Origin: Lachnospiraceae bacterium
GTDB taxonomy: Bacteria > Bacillota > Clostridia > Lachnospirales > Lachnospiraceae
Assembly: GCA_045546255.1 (NCBI GenBank)
Contig: JAZQCK010000038.1
Span: 1,613 to 65,612 of the forward strand
Direction of reading: 5' to 3'
DNA: 64,000 nt
A program made the translations under genes and the position numbers. The first letter of the stretch is position 1. Every line of letters starts with the position of its first letter. The notes beneath the pieces are model-generated. The model searched no databases. It was given only the letters and a program-made list of their open reading frames with translations, and was not told where the DNA came from. Of this stretch, positions 52,676-61,309 are shown piece after piece.

Positions 52676-52814
52676 GGTAAAGCCTCCTGCTCTATTTCGG
52701 AATAATCATCTGCATAGTGTTTTTTCTATGGTGTATTTTTATATTTTTCATTTCACACCATATTGTATCATATGGTTACTATCTATAATCTCCAATTCTG
52801 TAGAAGTGATTTCA

Positions 52815-52839
52815 GAGACAGAGAACCGTCCCCTGTCTC
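52815..52839. repeat. REP-like palindromic unit
   Basis: GAGACAGAGAACCGTCCCCTGTCTC, identical to the units at 48395 and 49266. Confidence 0.8.
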
Positions 52840-53067
52840 TTTATTGTTGACTTTAATAATATTGTCCATTCTATTCCTCCATTACTGTTCCAGTGTGAAC
52901 AGATATAACTCATCCCAGATGGCCGTCAGCTTTACGCCATCAATTGCTGCGCCTTTAAAGATCGCATCCGCATCCTGTTTGAAACTGGATTTTGCTTCTG
53001 TTATTATAAGTCAGTGAAAGTTATCCCGCAGCTGAGTTGTTGCTGCACTTTATGGAGACCTGGTACG

Positions 53068-53964
53068 ATGAATACAAGACAGATTGAGTATTTTCTTGCG
53101 GTGGCTGAAGAATTGAGTTTTACGCGAGCGGCGGAAAAGCTGTTCGTTTCGCAGACCGCGGTTACGCAGCAGATCCAGGCACTGGAAGATCTGATCGGCG
53201 TAAAGCTGCTTACGCGCACAAAGAAGCGGGTGGAGCTGACGCCGGCCGGAGAGGTTTTTCAGATTGAAGGGCGCCGGATTCTGGAAAATATTGAGGACGC
53301 GTTCGCCCATGCGCGGACGGTGTCCGAGGGCATGACGGGCAGCATCGAGGTCGGCTTCAGTGTGTATGCCGGAAACATTCTCGGCAGCAGCCTTCAGGAA
53401 TTCCACGACCTTTACCCGAGCATCAATATTCATTTCAAAGCATATAGTCCCTCAGTTTTGCTAGATCGTTTGCGGGCCGGCGAGCTGGATCTGATTTTTG
53501 TGCCGGTTTTTGATCCGTCTGTCTTCGAAGGCTGTTATGTGCAGGAGGTCGCGAAAGTTTCTTTGATGGCCGTCCTTCCGGTCAAACATCCGCTCGCAAG
53601 TAAACACCACCTGACGATTCACGATATGCAGCAGGAGAAGCTGATCCTCGCATGCACGCCGGAGAGCAAGATTGGCGAGGACCGCATGATCATCAACAGC
53701 TTTCTGGAAAACGGCTACCACCCGAACGTCATTGATAAGATTGAGGATATCGAGACCGTGCTTTTGATGATCAACGTCAACATCGGCGTTTCGATTTTAC
53801 CTTCGTATATTACGCTGCCGGCCAGCAATGACCGCCGCATCGTCGCGATTCCGTACGAGCCGGATATCCGGGTCAGCTACGCCGCGATCTGCATGAATGA
53901 AAATGAGAACTCCGCGCTGAAACGCATGCGCCAGTTTTTGGAAGAGCGGTTTCGCGGGGAATGA
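53068..53964 (+). CDS. LysR family transcriptional regulator
   Basis: HTH IEYFLAVAEELSFTRAAEKLFVSQTAVTQQI. Start set at MNTRQ. Confidence 0.85.
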   Translation: MNTRQIEYFLAVAEELSFTRAAEKLFVSQTAVTQQIQALEDLIGVKLLTRTKKRVELTPAGEVFQIEGRRILENIEDAFAHARTVSEGMTGSIEVGFSVYAGNILGSSLQEFHDLYPSINIHFKAYSPSVLLDRLRAGELDLIFVPVFDPSVFEGCYVQEVAKVSLMAVLPVKHPLASKHHLTIHDMQQEKLILACTPESKIGEDRMIINSFLENGYHPNVIDKIEDIETVLLMINVNIGVSILPSYITLPASNDRRIVAIPYEPDIRVSYAAICMNENENSALKRMRQFLEERFRGE

Positions 53965-53972
53965 ATAAAAAA

Positions 53973-54005
53973 ATCGGAGCTTTTTGCAAAGCTCCGATCT
54001 TTTTG
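53973..54005 (+). terminator. rho-independent terminator of the LysR gene
   Basis: ATCGGAGCTTT/AAAGCTCCGAT stem followed by CTTTTTG. Confidence 0.7.
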
Positions 54006-54764
54006 CAAATATAATCTTCTTAAGTTGTTTTTCTTTAGATATTTTCTAAAATTTATCTGTAAATGCTTGTCGGGTTCCATACGTTTGTTAAAACATCGAT
54101 CAGTTTTCTCATGGCCGTTTCCTCCTATTTCAGAATTGGTTTGGTTTATTATGCATTTCGTTTCTCTTAACTTGTGCTTATAATAAACCGTCAATTCCGA
54201 ACCGTCCAATAGAAAAAAGTGGGTTATAAATAAGAAAGAGTGATTACTGAGTGCTTATCTCAAATCTTCAAAACACTTCCCATAGTGTTCCACGTAAGTC
54301 CGGATCACGGCTAAAACTAATTCCAAATGTTCCGATATTTTTAATATCCATAATTCGCTCCTTCTTTCTCTAAAATGTTATACGCCTCCGGACACCTTAC
54401 CGACCTACCATCCAATGAGGTAACATCTGCAGCGCGCTCAATTTTCCGTATGAATCCAAATCGATCTTTGGGAGAAAGGCAGTTATTATTTCGTACATCT
54501 ATTTACTTTCACAGTCAAATCCTTTGTTATCATATGTCAGCTATAAGACTCCCCGTTCTTTTTTTCAGATGGTGTGTTCATTTTCTGACACACAGAGTCA
54601 TTTTATAACACGCGAGGAATTACATTATACAACAGGAGCATTGCGCGGATGCGTTTTTGTTTGAATTATTACTATGAAATTGAAAAACTTAAACATTTTT
54701 TTTCTTTTCACGCGGATAGATAATAAGTATAGAACAGTATGGGTACTGTAGCAAGGAGGTGACC

Positions 54765-55673
54765 ATGAACAGAGAAATACGAAGCAAAGAATTATTAAAA
54801 GGCGCGTTAGACCTTCACATTCACTGCGATCCGTCTTTTATGAAACGGACGGTTGACATCTGGGAAGCCGCTGAAGAATGCGCAAATGCAGGTATGCGCG
54901 CTATCGCAGTAAAAGATCATAATGTAAACCTCGGAGTCGGCGCTTATATTGTGAATAAACATATGCCCCGTCCGAAAGGATCTGATTTCGAAGTGTTCGG
55001 CTCGATCTGTCTGAACAATGATGTCGGTTTTAATCCACGCGCTGTGGATTCCGCACTGAAGCTGGGCTCTAAAATGGTTTTCCTTCCGACGACAGCAGCG
55101 GCGTCGCATCTTCAACAACTTGAAAAAGCCGGTACAAAGGGTGCGCATTTTATTCCTGCAAAGTATACGCCGAAACGCCAGGAGCCCTTAGTAGTAACAA
55201 ACGAAGACGGTCAGTTAAAAGAAGAGATCAAGGAAATCCTTCGTGTAATAAAGGAAAATGATGCTCTACTGGCTACTGGACATGTCAGCTACGAGGAATG
55301 TCTTGCAGTCGTCCGCTACGCAAAGGAAATCAACCTTACTCGTGTTTCACTCACTCATCTTCCTCAATTTACAACCTATGATTTTGATAAGCTTGACGAA
55401 ATCGTAAATACTTGCGGAATCGTGGAAGCAAACCTTTCCATCATGGCTCCTATGACGCCGGAATTTGTGAGGATGAATGCGAAACAGTTTGCAGACCATA
55501 TCCGCTACTTTGGTGTCGACCGATGTTCGCTGGTAAGTGACGCAGGAAGTATATCTTTCCCTCGCCCAGCCGAGTGCCTGCGTCAAGGGATTGAACTTTT
55601 AATCAACCACGGCTTTACAGATGACGAGATCATTACAATGACGCAGATCAACCCTGCAAAACTGATTCTTTAA
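54765..55673 (+). CDS. amidohydrolase/PHP-like TIM-barrel protein (DUF6282-like)
   Basis: LDLHIHCDPS metal motif near the N-terminus. ATG lies 5 nt after AAGGAGG. The track ORF starts at a GTG 6 nt earlier. Confidence 0.55.
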   Translation: MNREIRSKELLKGALDLHIHCDPSFMKRTVDIWEAAEECANAGMRAIAVKDHNVNLGVGAYIVNKHMPRPKGSDFEVFGSICLNNDVGFNPRAVDSALKLGSKMVFLPTTAAASHLQQLEKAGTKGAHFIPAKYTPKRQEPLVVTNEDGQLKEEIKEILRVIKENDALLATGHVSYEECLAVVRYAKEINLTRVSLTHLPQFTTYDFDKLDEIVNTCGIVEANLSIMAPMTPEFVRMNAKQFADHIRYFGVDRCSLVSDAGSISFPRPAECLRQGIELLINHGFTDDEIITMTQINPAKLIL

Positions 55674-55682
55674 CGGAGGTGC

Positions 55683-56660
55683 ATGATGGATAAGATCATT
55701 GATGTTCACACACACAATATTCTCCCCGAATATTATCAGGAAATGAAAGACAACAGCGGACTTGAAGAAGATGGTTTTCCAATCCCGACACCAGATGAAT
55801 GGTCGATTGAAAAACATCTAGAATTTATGGACCGGGCAGGCGTTCTATGGAGTCTTTCTTTTATCAGTTCTCCGCAGCCCTACTACGGAAACGATAATGC
55901 ATGCGTTGACCTAATGCATCAAATCAATACAACGCTTGCTGGCTATAAAAAAGCAAATCCAAAGCGGTTCGGTTTTGCAGCACACCTGCCCTTCCCGGTA
56001 ATGGATAAGGTGACAGATGAGGCGATTTATTGTCTGGATGAGCTCGGTGCTGACGCTGTGCGGATGGGAAGCAATCTGCGTGGAATCTATCTTGGTGATT
56101 CCCGTACAGAACCATTATGGAAGGAATTGGATAAGAGAAATGCGATCGTTGTAATTCACCCGCAGGTTCCATATCCATATAATCCCGATGTGTTTACCGG
56201 GGGACCAATTCCAATCTATGAGTTTCTGGCAGATACTACACGCGCTGTTTTAAACTATGTTGCAAACGGATTCTGCGATAAGTTTCCAAATGTTAGACTT
56301 ATCATTCCACATAATGGTTCTTTCCTTCCAAATATTTTTCCCAGATTTAGGGATATCATGGGAACACTTATGGGATTCGGACGTATGGAATATGTTGATG
56401 TTGAATCAGCTCTTAAAAATAATCTGTATTTTGATACCGGCGGTTCCCCTTGCCCGAATCTTGATTTTTTGATGACACTTACAACCCCGGATCACATCAT
56501 GTGCGGTTCTGATTTTCCTTTTAAGAGGATCGACAATGCCCTGTACAGCCTGAACTATCTGAGGGGATATATAGATGGAAATGAAAAATTGCAGCCATAT
56601 AAGGATGATATTTTTAGAAATAATGCAGTCCGATTATTCGGACTTGATTTTCTAAGTTAA
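55683..56660 (+). CDS. amidohydrolase-2 family protein (ACMSD/LigW-type decarboxylase or hydrolase)
   Basis: IDVHTHNILPEY N-terminal HxH motif, an HPQ..., HNGS.. pattern and GSDFPF near the C-terminus. Confidence 0.75.
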   Translation: MMDKIIDVHTHNILPEYYQEMKDNSGLEEDGFPIPTPDEWSIEKHLEFMDRAGVLWSLSFISSPQPYYGNDNACVDLMHQINTTLAGYKKANPKRFGFAAHLPFPVMDKVTDEAIYCLDELGADAVRMGSNLRGIYLGDSRTEPLWKELDKRNAIVVIHPQVPYPYNPDVFTGGPIPIYEFLADTTRAVLNYVANGFCDKFPNVRLIIPHNGSFLPNIFPRFRDIMGTLMGFGRMEYVDVESALKNNLYFDTGGSPCPNLDFLMTLTTPDHIMCGSDFPFKRIDNALYSLNYLRGYIDGNEKLQPYKDDIFRNNAVRLFGLDFLS

Positions 56661-56727
56661 CTGCAGAAAGGATACGAAAACTCTGTTTTTTAAGAGGCTC
56701 CTATGCCGGAGCCGGAAAGGAATAACT

Positions 56728-57486
56728 ATGAATGATGTAAAAGGAAAAGTTGTTATCGTGACAGGTGGGACTGCAGGAGTAGGCGAGGAATCCGTTCGCC
56801 AACTGGCCGCAGGCGGTGCAAAAGTCGTGTTTTCTGCGCGCAGACAGGAACTGGGTGATAAGCTTGAAGCAGAGCTTACAGAAAAGGGCTGCGATGTTCT
56901 TTTCGTACAGGGTGATGCCGGAATCTTCGAAGATAACGAACGACTTATGAAAAAGACAATCGAGAAGTACGGACGAATCGACAGCCTTGTCTGCAACGCA
57001 GGTCTTGCCTGGAAGAAGCCATTCCATGAACTCACAAATGAAGAATGGGATACTCTCCTTGCAGTAAATATAAGCAGTGCGTTTTATCTGATCAAACTTG
57101 CTCTTCCATACATGATGGAGCAGAAATCCGGCTCTGTTGTTTTCATCAGCACTGGAATGATTAACTGCCCGCTGCCGGAGATGGGACATTATATCAGCAC
57201 GAAGGCAATGATTGAGTCACTGGCCCGCTGTTTATCTTTGGATTATTGCCGCTATGGTATCCGTTTTAATATGCTTTGCCCTGGCCCGATCTGGACAGAA
57301 CGTTATGATCATATTCCGAAAGCAGCAATCAAAGAGATATTGCAGACAACACCAACCGGTTCTATGTGTGATGTCAGCGAAGTCGTTAAGTCTCTTCTCT
57401 TCTTAGTATCAGACGATTCAAAAATTGTTTATTGCGCTAGGATCACACCGGACCAGGCTGATGCATGCGGCGTTCGTTTTGACTAA
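56728..57486 (+). CDS. SDR family oxidoreductase
   Basis: TGGTAGVG dinucleotide motif, NAG, and YxxxK (YISTK). Confidence 0.85.
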   Translation: MNDVKGKVVIVTGGTAGVGEESVRQLAAGGAKVVFSARRQELGDKLEAELTEKGCDVLFVQGDAGIFEDNERLMKKTIEKYGRIDSLVCNAGLAWKKPFHELTNEEWDTLLAVNISSAFYLIKLALPYMMEQKSGSVVFISTGMINCPLPEMGHYISTKAMIESLARCLSLDYCRYGIRFNMLCPGPIWTERYDHIPKAAIKEILQTTPTGSMCDVSEVVKSLLFLVSDDSKIVYCARITPDQADACGVRFD

Positions 57487-57617
57487 TACCACTCTCTAAC
57501 TCTGTTTAAAAGCAGGCAAAAACCTTGCCTGCTTTTTTGTTTAGAACTTAACACAGCCAAAGACGGGACTGCGTTTTGCAGTCCCGTCCTATCATTATAT
57601 CTTTTCAAATACTGCTT

Positions 57618-59051
57618 TTATTTTCTTCCAACCAAAGCGTCATCAAGCGGTTTTCCAGCTGCTGCTCTAAGTTTATCATCTTTTGCTTTCACATCAGACG
57701 GTTTCATAAGAAGGATCAAAATGATTCCGATCACACCTGCGATAATGCTTGCAAGGAAGATGTAGAACGTATCCGCCTCGCCTTTCAGGAAGATCAGGTT
57801 TGCAATCAGAACCGGTCCTAATGCATTAAACAGGTTTACGATCGGGTTTGCAACGGTATAAACGCTTGCAAAGTCTTCTCTTCTCCAATACTGTGCAACG
57901 ATCGAAACTGTGAAGTTCGACTGTGCTCCCATGTAAAGGCCAAGCAGGCAGAGTGAGATTACAATCGTAACCGGTGTCTTAAAGATTCCGAATATGCCGG
58001 AAAGAAGAGCAAGGATCGATGCAATCAGAATTGCTTTCTTTGTTCCGAACTTCGTGTCAAGCAGTCCGAGGATATAACTTCCCACAACGCCGCAGCCGGC
58101 GATGATAAGCATCATTGCGCTGTAGTCGAGCGTTTCAAACTGCGTGATGATGGCATTGGTCTGTGTCATCATACCGACCGAGAACATAACGAGCAGTCCG
58201 AGTGCAACAACGGAGAACCAGAAGTCCTTGCATCCGAGTGTTTTCGCCGGTGTCCAAACGGTCGTTCTCTTGTTTTCGATCTCTGCTTCCATCATTTTCT
58301 GTGCAATTTCCGGTGTCAGGCTCTTATCATTATCGCGATATGCACCGACCTGTTCCGGATAATCTCTCAGGAAGACAATACCAAGAATCAGTCCAATCAC
58401 GCAAACAATGAGGAACGGGATAAAGGTCTTTGCTGCACAAGCCTGCGCAATCTGCGCTCCTGCAAGGGCCTCTGCCTTATCTGCCGCAACTCCGCTTGCG
58501 ATCAGCTGCTCGATCTTCGGCCCCATGTCTGCACCCATTGACGCACCGAATCTTGCAAAGAACGGTTCTGCAAATCCGAAACCTACCATTGCGTTTCCGA
58601 CCGGGAATGCAATGGTTGCAATACCCATAACGGTTCCTTTTCTTCTCGGGAACCACTGTCCGACGAGGATGCCGAGTGCATATGAGAAGTACAGTGTTGC
58701 GATGCAACTTTCAAGGCCTAAGCAGATCAGCCAGATTGTAGCACTTGATGGCGGGATCAGCATGATCAAGAGACCCAGAATGATGGATGCCGCTCCAAGG
58801 ATCACTCCAAGCCATTTGACATTTTTAATCTTTCCGGCGCTTCGTGCCAGGATGAACTGCACAACGATTCCAGCCAATGCGCCAAGCGTATAATAAAGCG
58901 ACATGGTGGAAGCATTCGGATAAAACCCAGTGTTTGAAAGAATGTTCATGGGATAGTTCGTGAACACTGTAAAGGTGAAAATTGCAATCGCCTGATACAG
59001 GATCAAAATCCATCCGCGGAAGCCAAAACCTCTGACTTTTTTCTGTTCCAT
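57618..59051 (-). CDS. MFS transporter (OFA-like)
   Basis: 12 or more TM segments. Related in pattern to the 32333-33637 product. Confidence 0.85.
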   Translation of the reverse strand: MEQKKVRGFGFRGWILILYQAIAIFTFTVFTNYPMNILSNTGFYPNASTMSLYYTLGALAGIVVQFILARSAGKIKNVKWLGVILGAASIILGLLIMLIPPSSATIWLICLGLESCIATLYFSYALGILVGQWFPRRKGTVMGIATIAFPVGNAMVGFGFAEPFFARFGASMGADMGPKIEQLIASGVAADKAEALAGAQIAQACAAKTFIPFLIVCVIGLILGIVFLRDYPEQVGAYRDNDKSLTPEIAQKMMEAEIENKRTTVWTPAKTLGCKDFWFSVVALGLLVMFSVGMMTQTNAIITQFETLDYSAMMLIIAGCGVVGSYILGLLDTKFGTKKAILIASILALLSGIFGIFKTPVTIVISLCLLGLYMGAQSNFTVSIVAQYWRREDFASVYTVANPIVNLFNALGPVLIANLIFLKGEADTFYIFLASIIAGVIGIILILLMKPSDVKAKDDKLRAAAGKPLDDALVGRK

Positions 59052-59096
59052 AAAAAAACTCTCCTTTCCTTTTTTGGGAATACTTCTCCCTTTTTA

Positions 59097-60200
59097 TTAT
59101 TCAGGAAACCCTTTCCAGTATGGTTCTCCTGTATAAATCTTTGCCGGCTCTTCTCCGGTGAGATGCCGCAGGGCACCTGCTGCAAGAGCCTCAAGCTCAA
59201 ATTCTCCCGCGATCACAACAAACGGTGCGAAGCGGCCTACTCTTTTTTCAAGTTCTTTTGCAAAGTAGTCATCTTTTGCAACACCACCGGTAAAGAGAAT
59301 GGCGTCTGTAGCATCCCCCATAGCTGCAAGCATCGAGCCAATCACCTTTGCCGTCTGGTAAATCGTTGCGTCATATACGAGGCGGGCAAATTCATCGCCC
59401 TCTGCGATCCTTTCCTTGATTACCAGTGCCTCTGCTGTTCCGAGAAGACTGATCCATCCTCCTCTGCGGTCCGTAAATGCTTTGATCTCATCTGTTGTAT
59501 ATGTACCGGAAGTGATCAGTTTTAAAATGCTTCTTACCGGAACATCGCCGCACCGGGTCCCGCAGATCGGGCCTGCACCACTCATATTGTCGCTGGTATC
59601 AACGATCATTCCCTTTTTGTGAGCTCCAATGGAAGAGCCGCTTCCGACATGACAGACGATCAGATTCAGATCTTCATATCGTTTTCCGATTGACTCCGCA
59701 TACCGGTGCGCAACCTCTTTCTGGTTGAGCGCATGACAGTGGCTTTCCCGATACACCCCTTTGATCCCGGTAAACCTTGCCGAATCACAGAGTTCATCGG
59801 TATCCGGAGAACTGACCGTCATCGCTTCTCCTCCATAGGTGTTTGCAAGCTCATATGCCATCTGCGCCCCAAGATTTGCAGGATGTTTGATTGGGCTGGT
59901 GTGAAAATCCTCCAGCATTTTTTCATTCACAAAATAGGTTCCGCCTTCACAGGCTGCCATAGAACCGCCTCTTCCGACATAGGCATCACAGTCCTCAACT
60001 GCAATATTTTCTTCACGGAGCGCGTTTAAAACAACGTTATAGCGGAATTCCTTCTGATCGTTCGGTTCTTTGAAAGGTGCAAGCTCTTCTGCGCTGTGCG
60101 GAATGTTTTTGATCAACACAGCCTTCTCATTTTCAAAATAGCCGACCTTGGTTGAAGTTCCTCCCGGATTTATGGCAATGATCTTATAAACCTTATCCAT
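59097..60200 (-). CDS. buk: butyrate kinase family acyl kinase
   Basis: IIAINPGGTSTK N-terminus, HALNQKEV and HVGSGSSIGAH motifs. Start set at MDKVYK. The track ORF is 26 aa longer. Confidence 0.85.
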   Translation of the reverse strand: MDKVYKIIAINPGGTSTKVGYFENEKAVLIKNIPHSAEELAPFKEPNDQKEFRYNVVLNALREENIAVEDCDAYVGRGGSMAACEGGTYFVNEKMLEDFHTSPIKHPANLGAQMAYELANTYGGEAMTVSSPDTDELCDSARFTGIKGVYRESHCHALNQKEVAHRYAESIGKRYEDLNLIVCHVGSGSSIGAHKKGMIVDTSDNMSGAGPICGTRCGDVPVRSILKLITSGTYTTDEIKAFTDRRGGWISLLGTAEALVIKERIAEGDEFARLVYDATIYQTAKVIGSMLAAMGDATDAILFTGGVAKDDYFAKELEKRVGRFAPFVVIAGEFELEALAAGALRHLTGEEPAKIYTGEPYWKGFPE

Positions 60201-60202
60201 AG

Positions 60203-61216
60203 CTACTCTCCCTGCGCCATAATGCAAGCAATGGCAATATTGCCGACAGTCTCGGAAACCGGCGAGGAACGGGAACAATCCATTACCGGCCTTCGAAAGC
60301 CCATCATGATCAGATAGCTGTCCATACCGCAGAAAGCCTGCAGCATCTTAACCGCAATATTTCCAACCTCAACTGTTGGGAACAGAACAATGTTTGCCCT
60401 TCCTGCAACGCGGCTTTCCCGTTTCACCTTCTTCTCGGCGACCTTCGGATTCACTGCCGCATCAAACTGAAACTCTCCATCGATTGCAAGATCCGGCCTT
60501 TTTTCATTTGCGATCCGGACTGCCTCGATTACTTTTTCAACTAACATGCCTTCCGTGCTTCCGCAGGTGGAATAACTTAAAAGACCGCATCTCGGTTCCC
60601 AACCGAGAAGTTTCTTCATTGCCTCGCAGGCACCGATTGACATGTTAGCAAGCTGCTCCGCGTTCGGATTTTCACAGACAACACAATCGCCAAATGCAAG
60701 TTTGTGTCCTTCACTGCCTTCATATCCCTCATATTCTGTAAGACAGAAACTTGAGATCGTATCAAACCCATCCTGCATGCCAATCGTCTCAAGAACGGCA
60801 CGATGAAAATCGCTTGACGGAAGTGTGTACCCTCCAACGACCGTATCAACGCGTCCTGTTTCCTGCATCATCAGTGCAATGTATAGATAATTGGCGCTTT
60901 TACGTTTCATGGTCTTTTGACTGTTCAGCGGCTGCAGCGCGCAATACTCCTCAATCAGAGCCATCAGCCATTCCTCATCAGAAACGTCAACGATTTCGAA
61001 CCCGTCAAGTGAGATTCCCGTTTCATCTGATGTTTTTTGAATTTCTTTCGGAATTCCGAGAAGCACGGGAATGCATAGATTTTTTTCCTTAGCGATCTGA
61101 ATCGCTTGAAGGATCTTATCCTCATTTGCCTCAGGGAATGCGATCCGTACCGGTTTTTCTGATGCCCTTTTGAATAATTCCTCAGTTAGATTCATAGCAA
61201 TTCCTTCCAGACTCAT
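60203..61216 (-). CDS. phosphate acyltransferase (PTA_PTB family; Pta-like)
   Basis: RIAFPEANEDKIL, DGEFQFDAAV and VAGRANIVLFP motifs. The start could be 61216 (MSLEG) or 61195 (MNLTE). Confidence 0.8.
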   Translation of the reverse strand: MSLEGIAMNLTEELFKRASEKPVRIAFPEANEDKILQAIQIAKEKNLCIPVLLGIPKEIQKTSDETGISLDGFEIVDVSDEEWLMALIEEYCALQPLNSQKTMKRKSANYLYIALMMQETGRVDTVVGGYTLPSSDFHRAVLETIGMQDGFDTISSFCLTEYEGYEGSEGHKLAFGDCVVCENPNAEQLANMSIGACEAMKKLLGWEPRCGLLSYSTCGSTEGMLVEKVIEAVRIANEKRPDLAIDGEFQFDAAVNPKVAEKKVKRESRVAGRANIVLFPTVEVGNIAVKMLQAFCGMDSYLIMMGFRRPVMDCSRSSPVSETVGNIAIACIMAQGE

Positions 61217-61309
61217 CGTCACTGTTCCTCTCCGGACCACGTCCGCTCCAAGAGAGGTGGCTGCCCGGCCAGTTGCAGTTCCCAACCAGGCAGCCTGTTT
61301 ATTATGTGC

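Noticed and set aside
52763-53017. 84-aa plus-strand ORF.
   Set aside because: It starts with TTG, translates the REP unit (..RDREPSPVS..) and low-complexity AT-rich sequence, and has no RBS.
53877-54209. 110-aa minus-strand ORF.
   Set aside because: It starts with TTG and has no RBS. It reads through the LysR terminator hairpin and overlaps the LysR 3' end in antisense.
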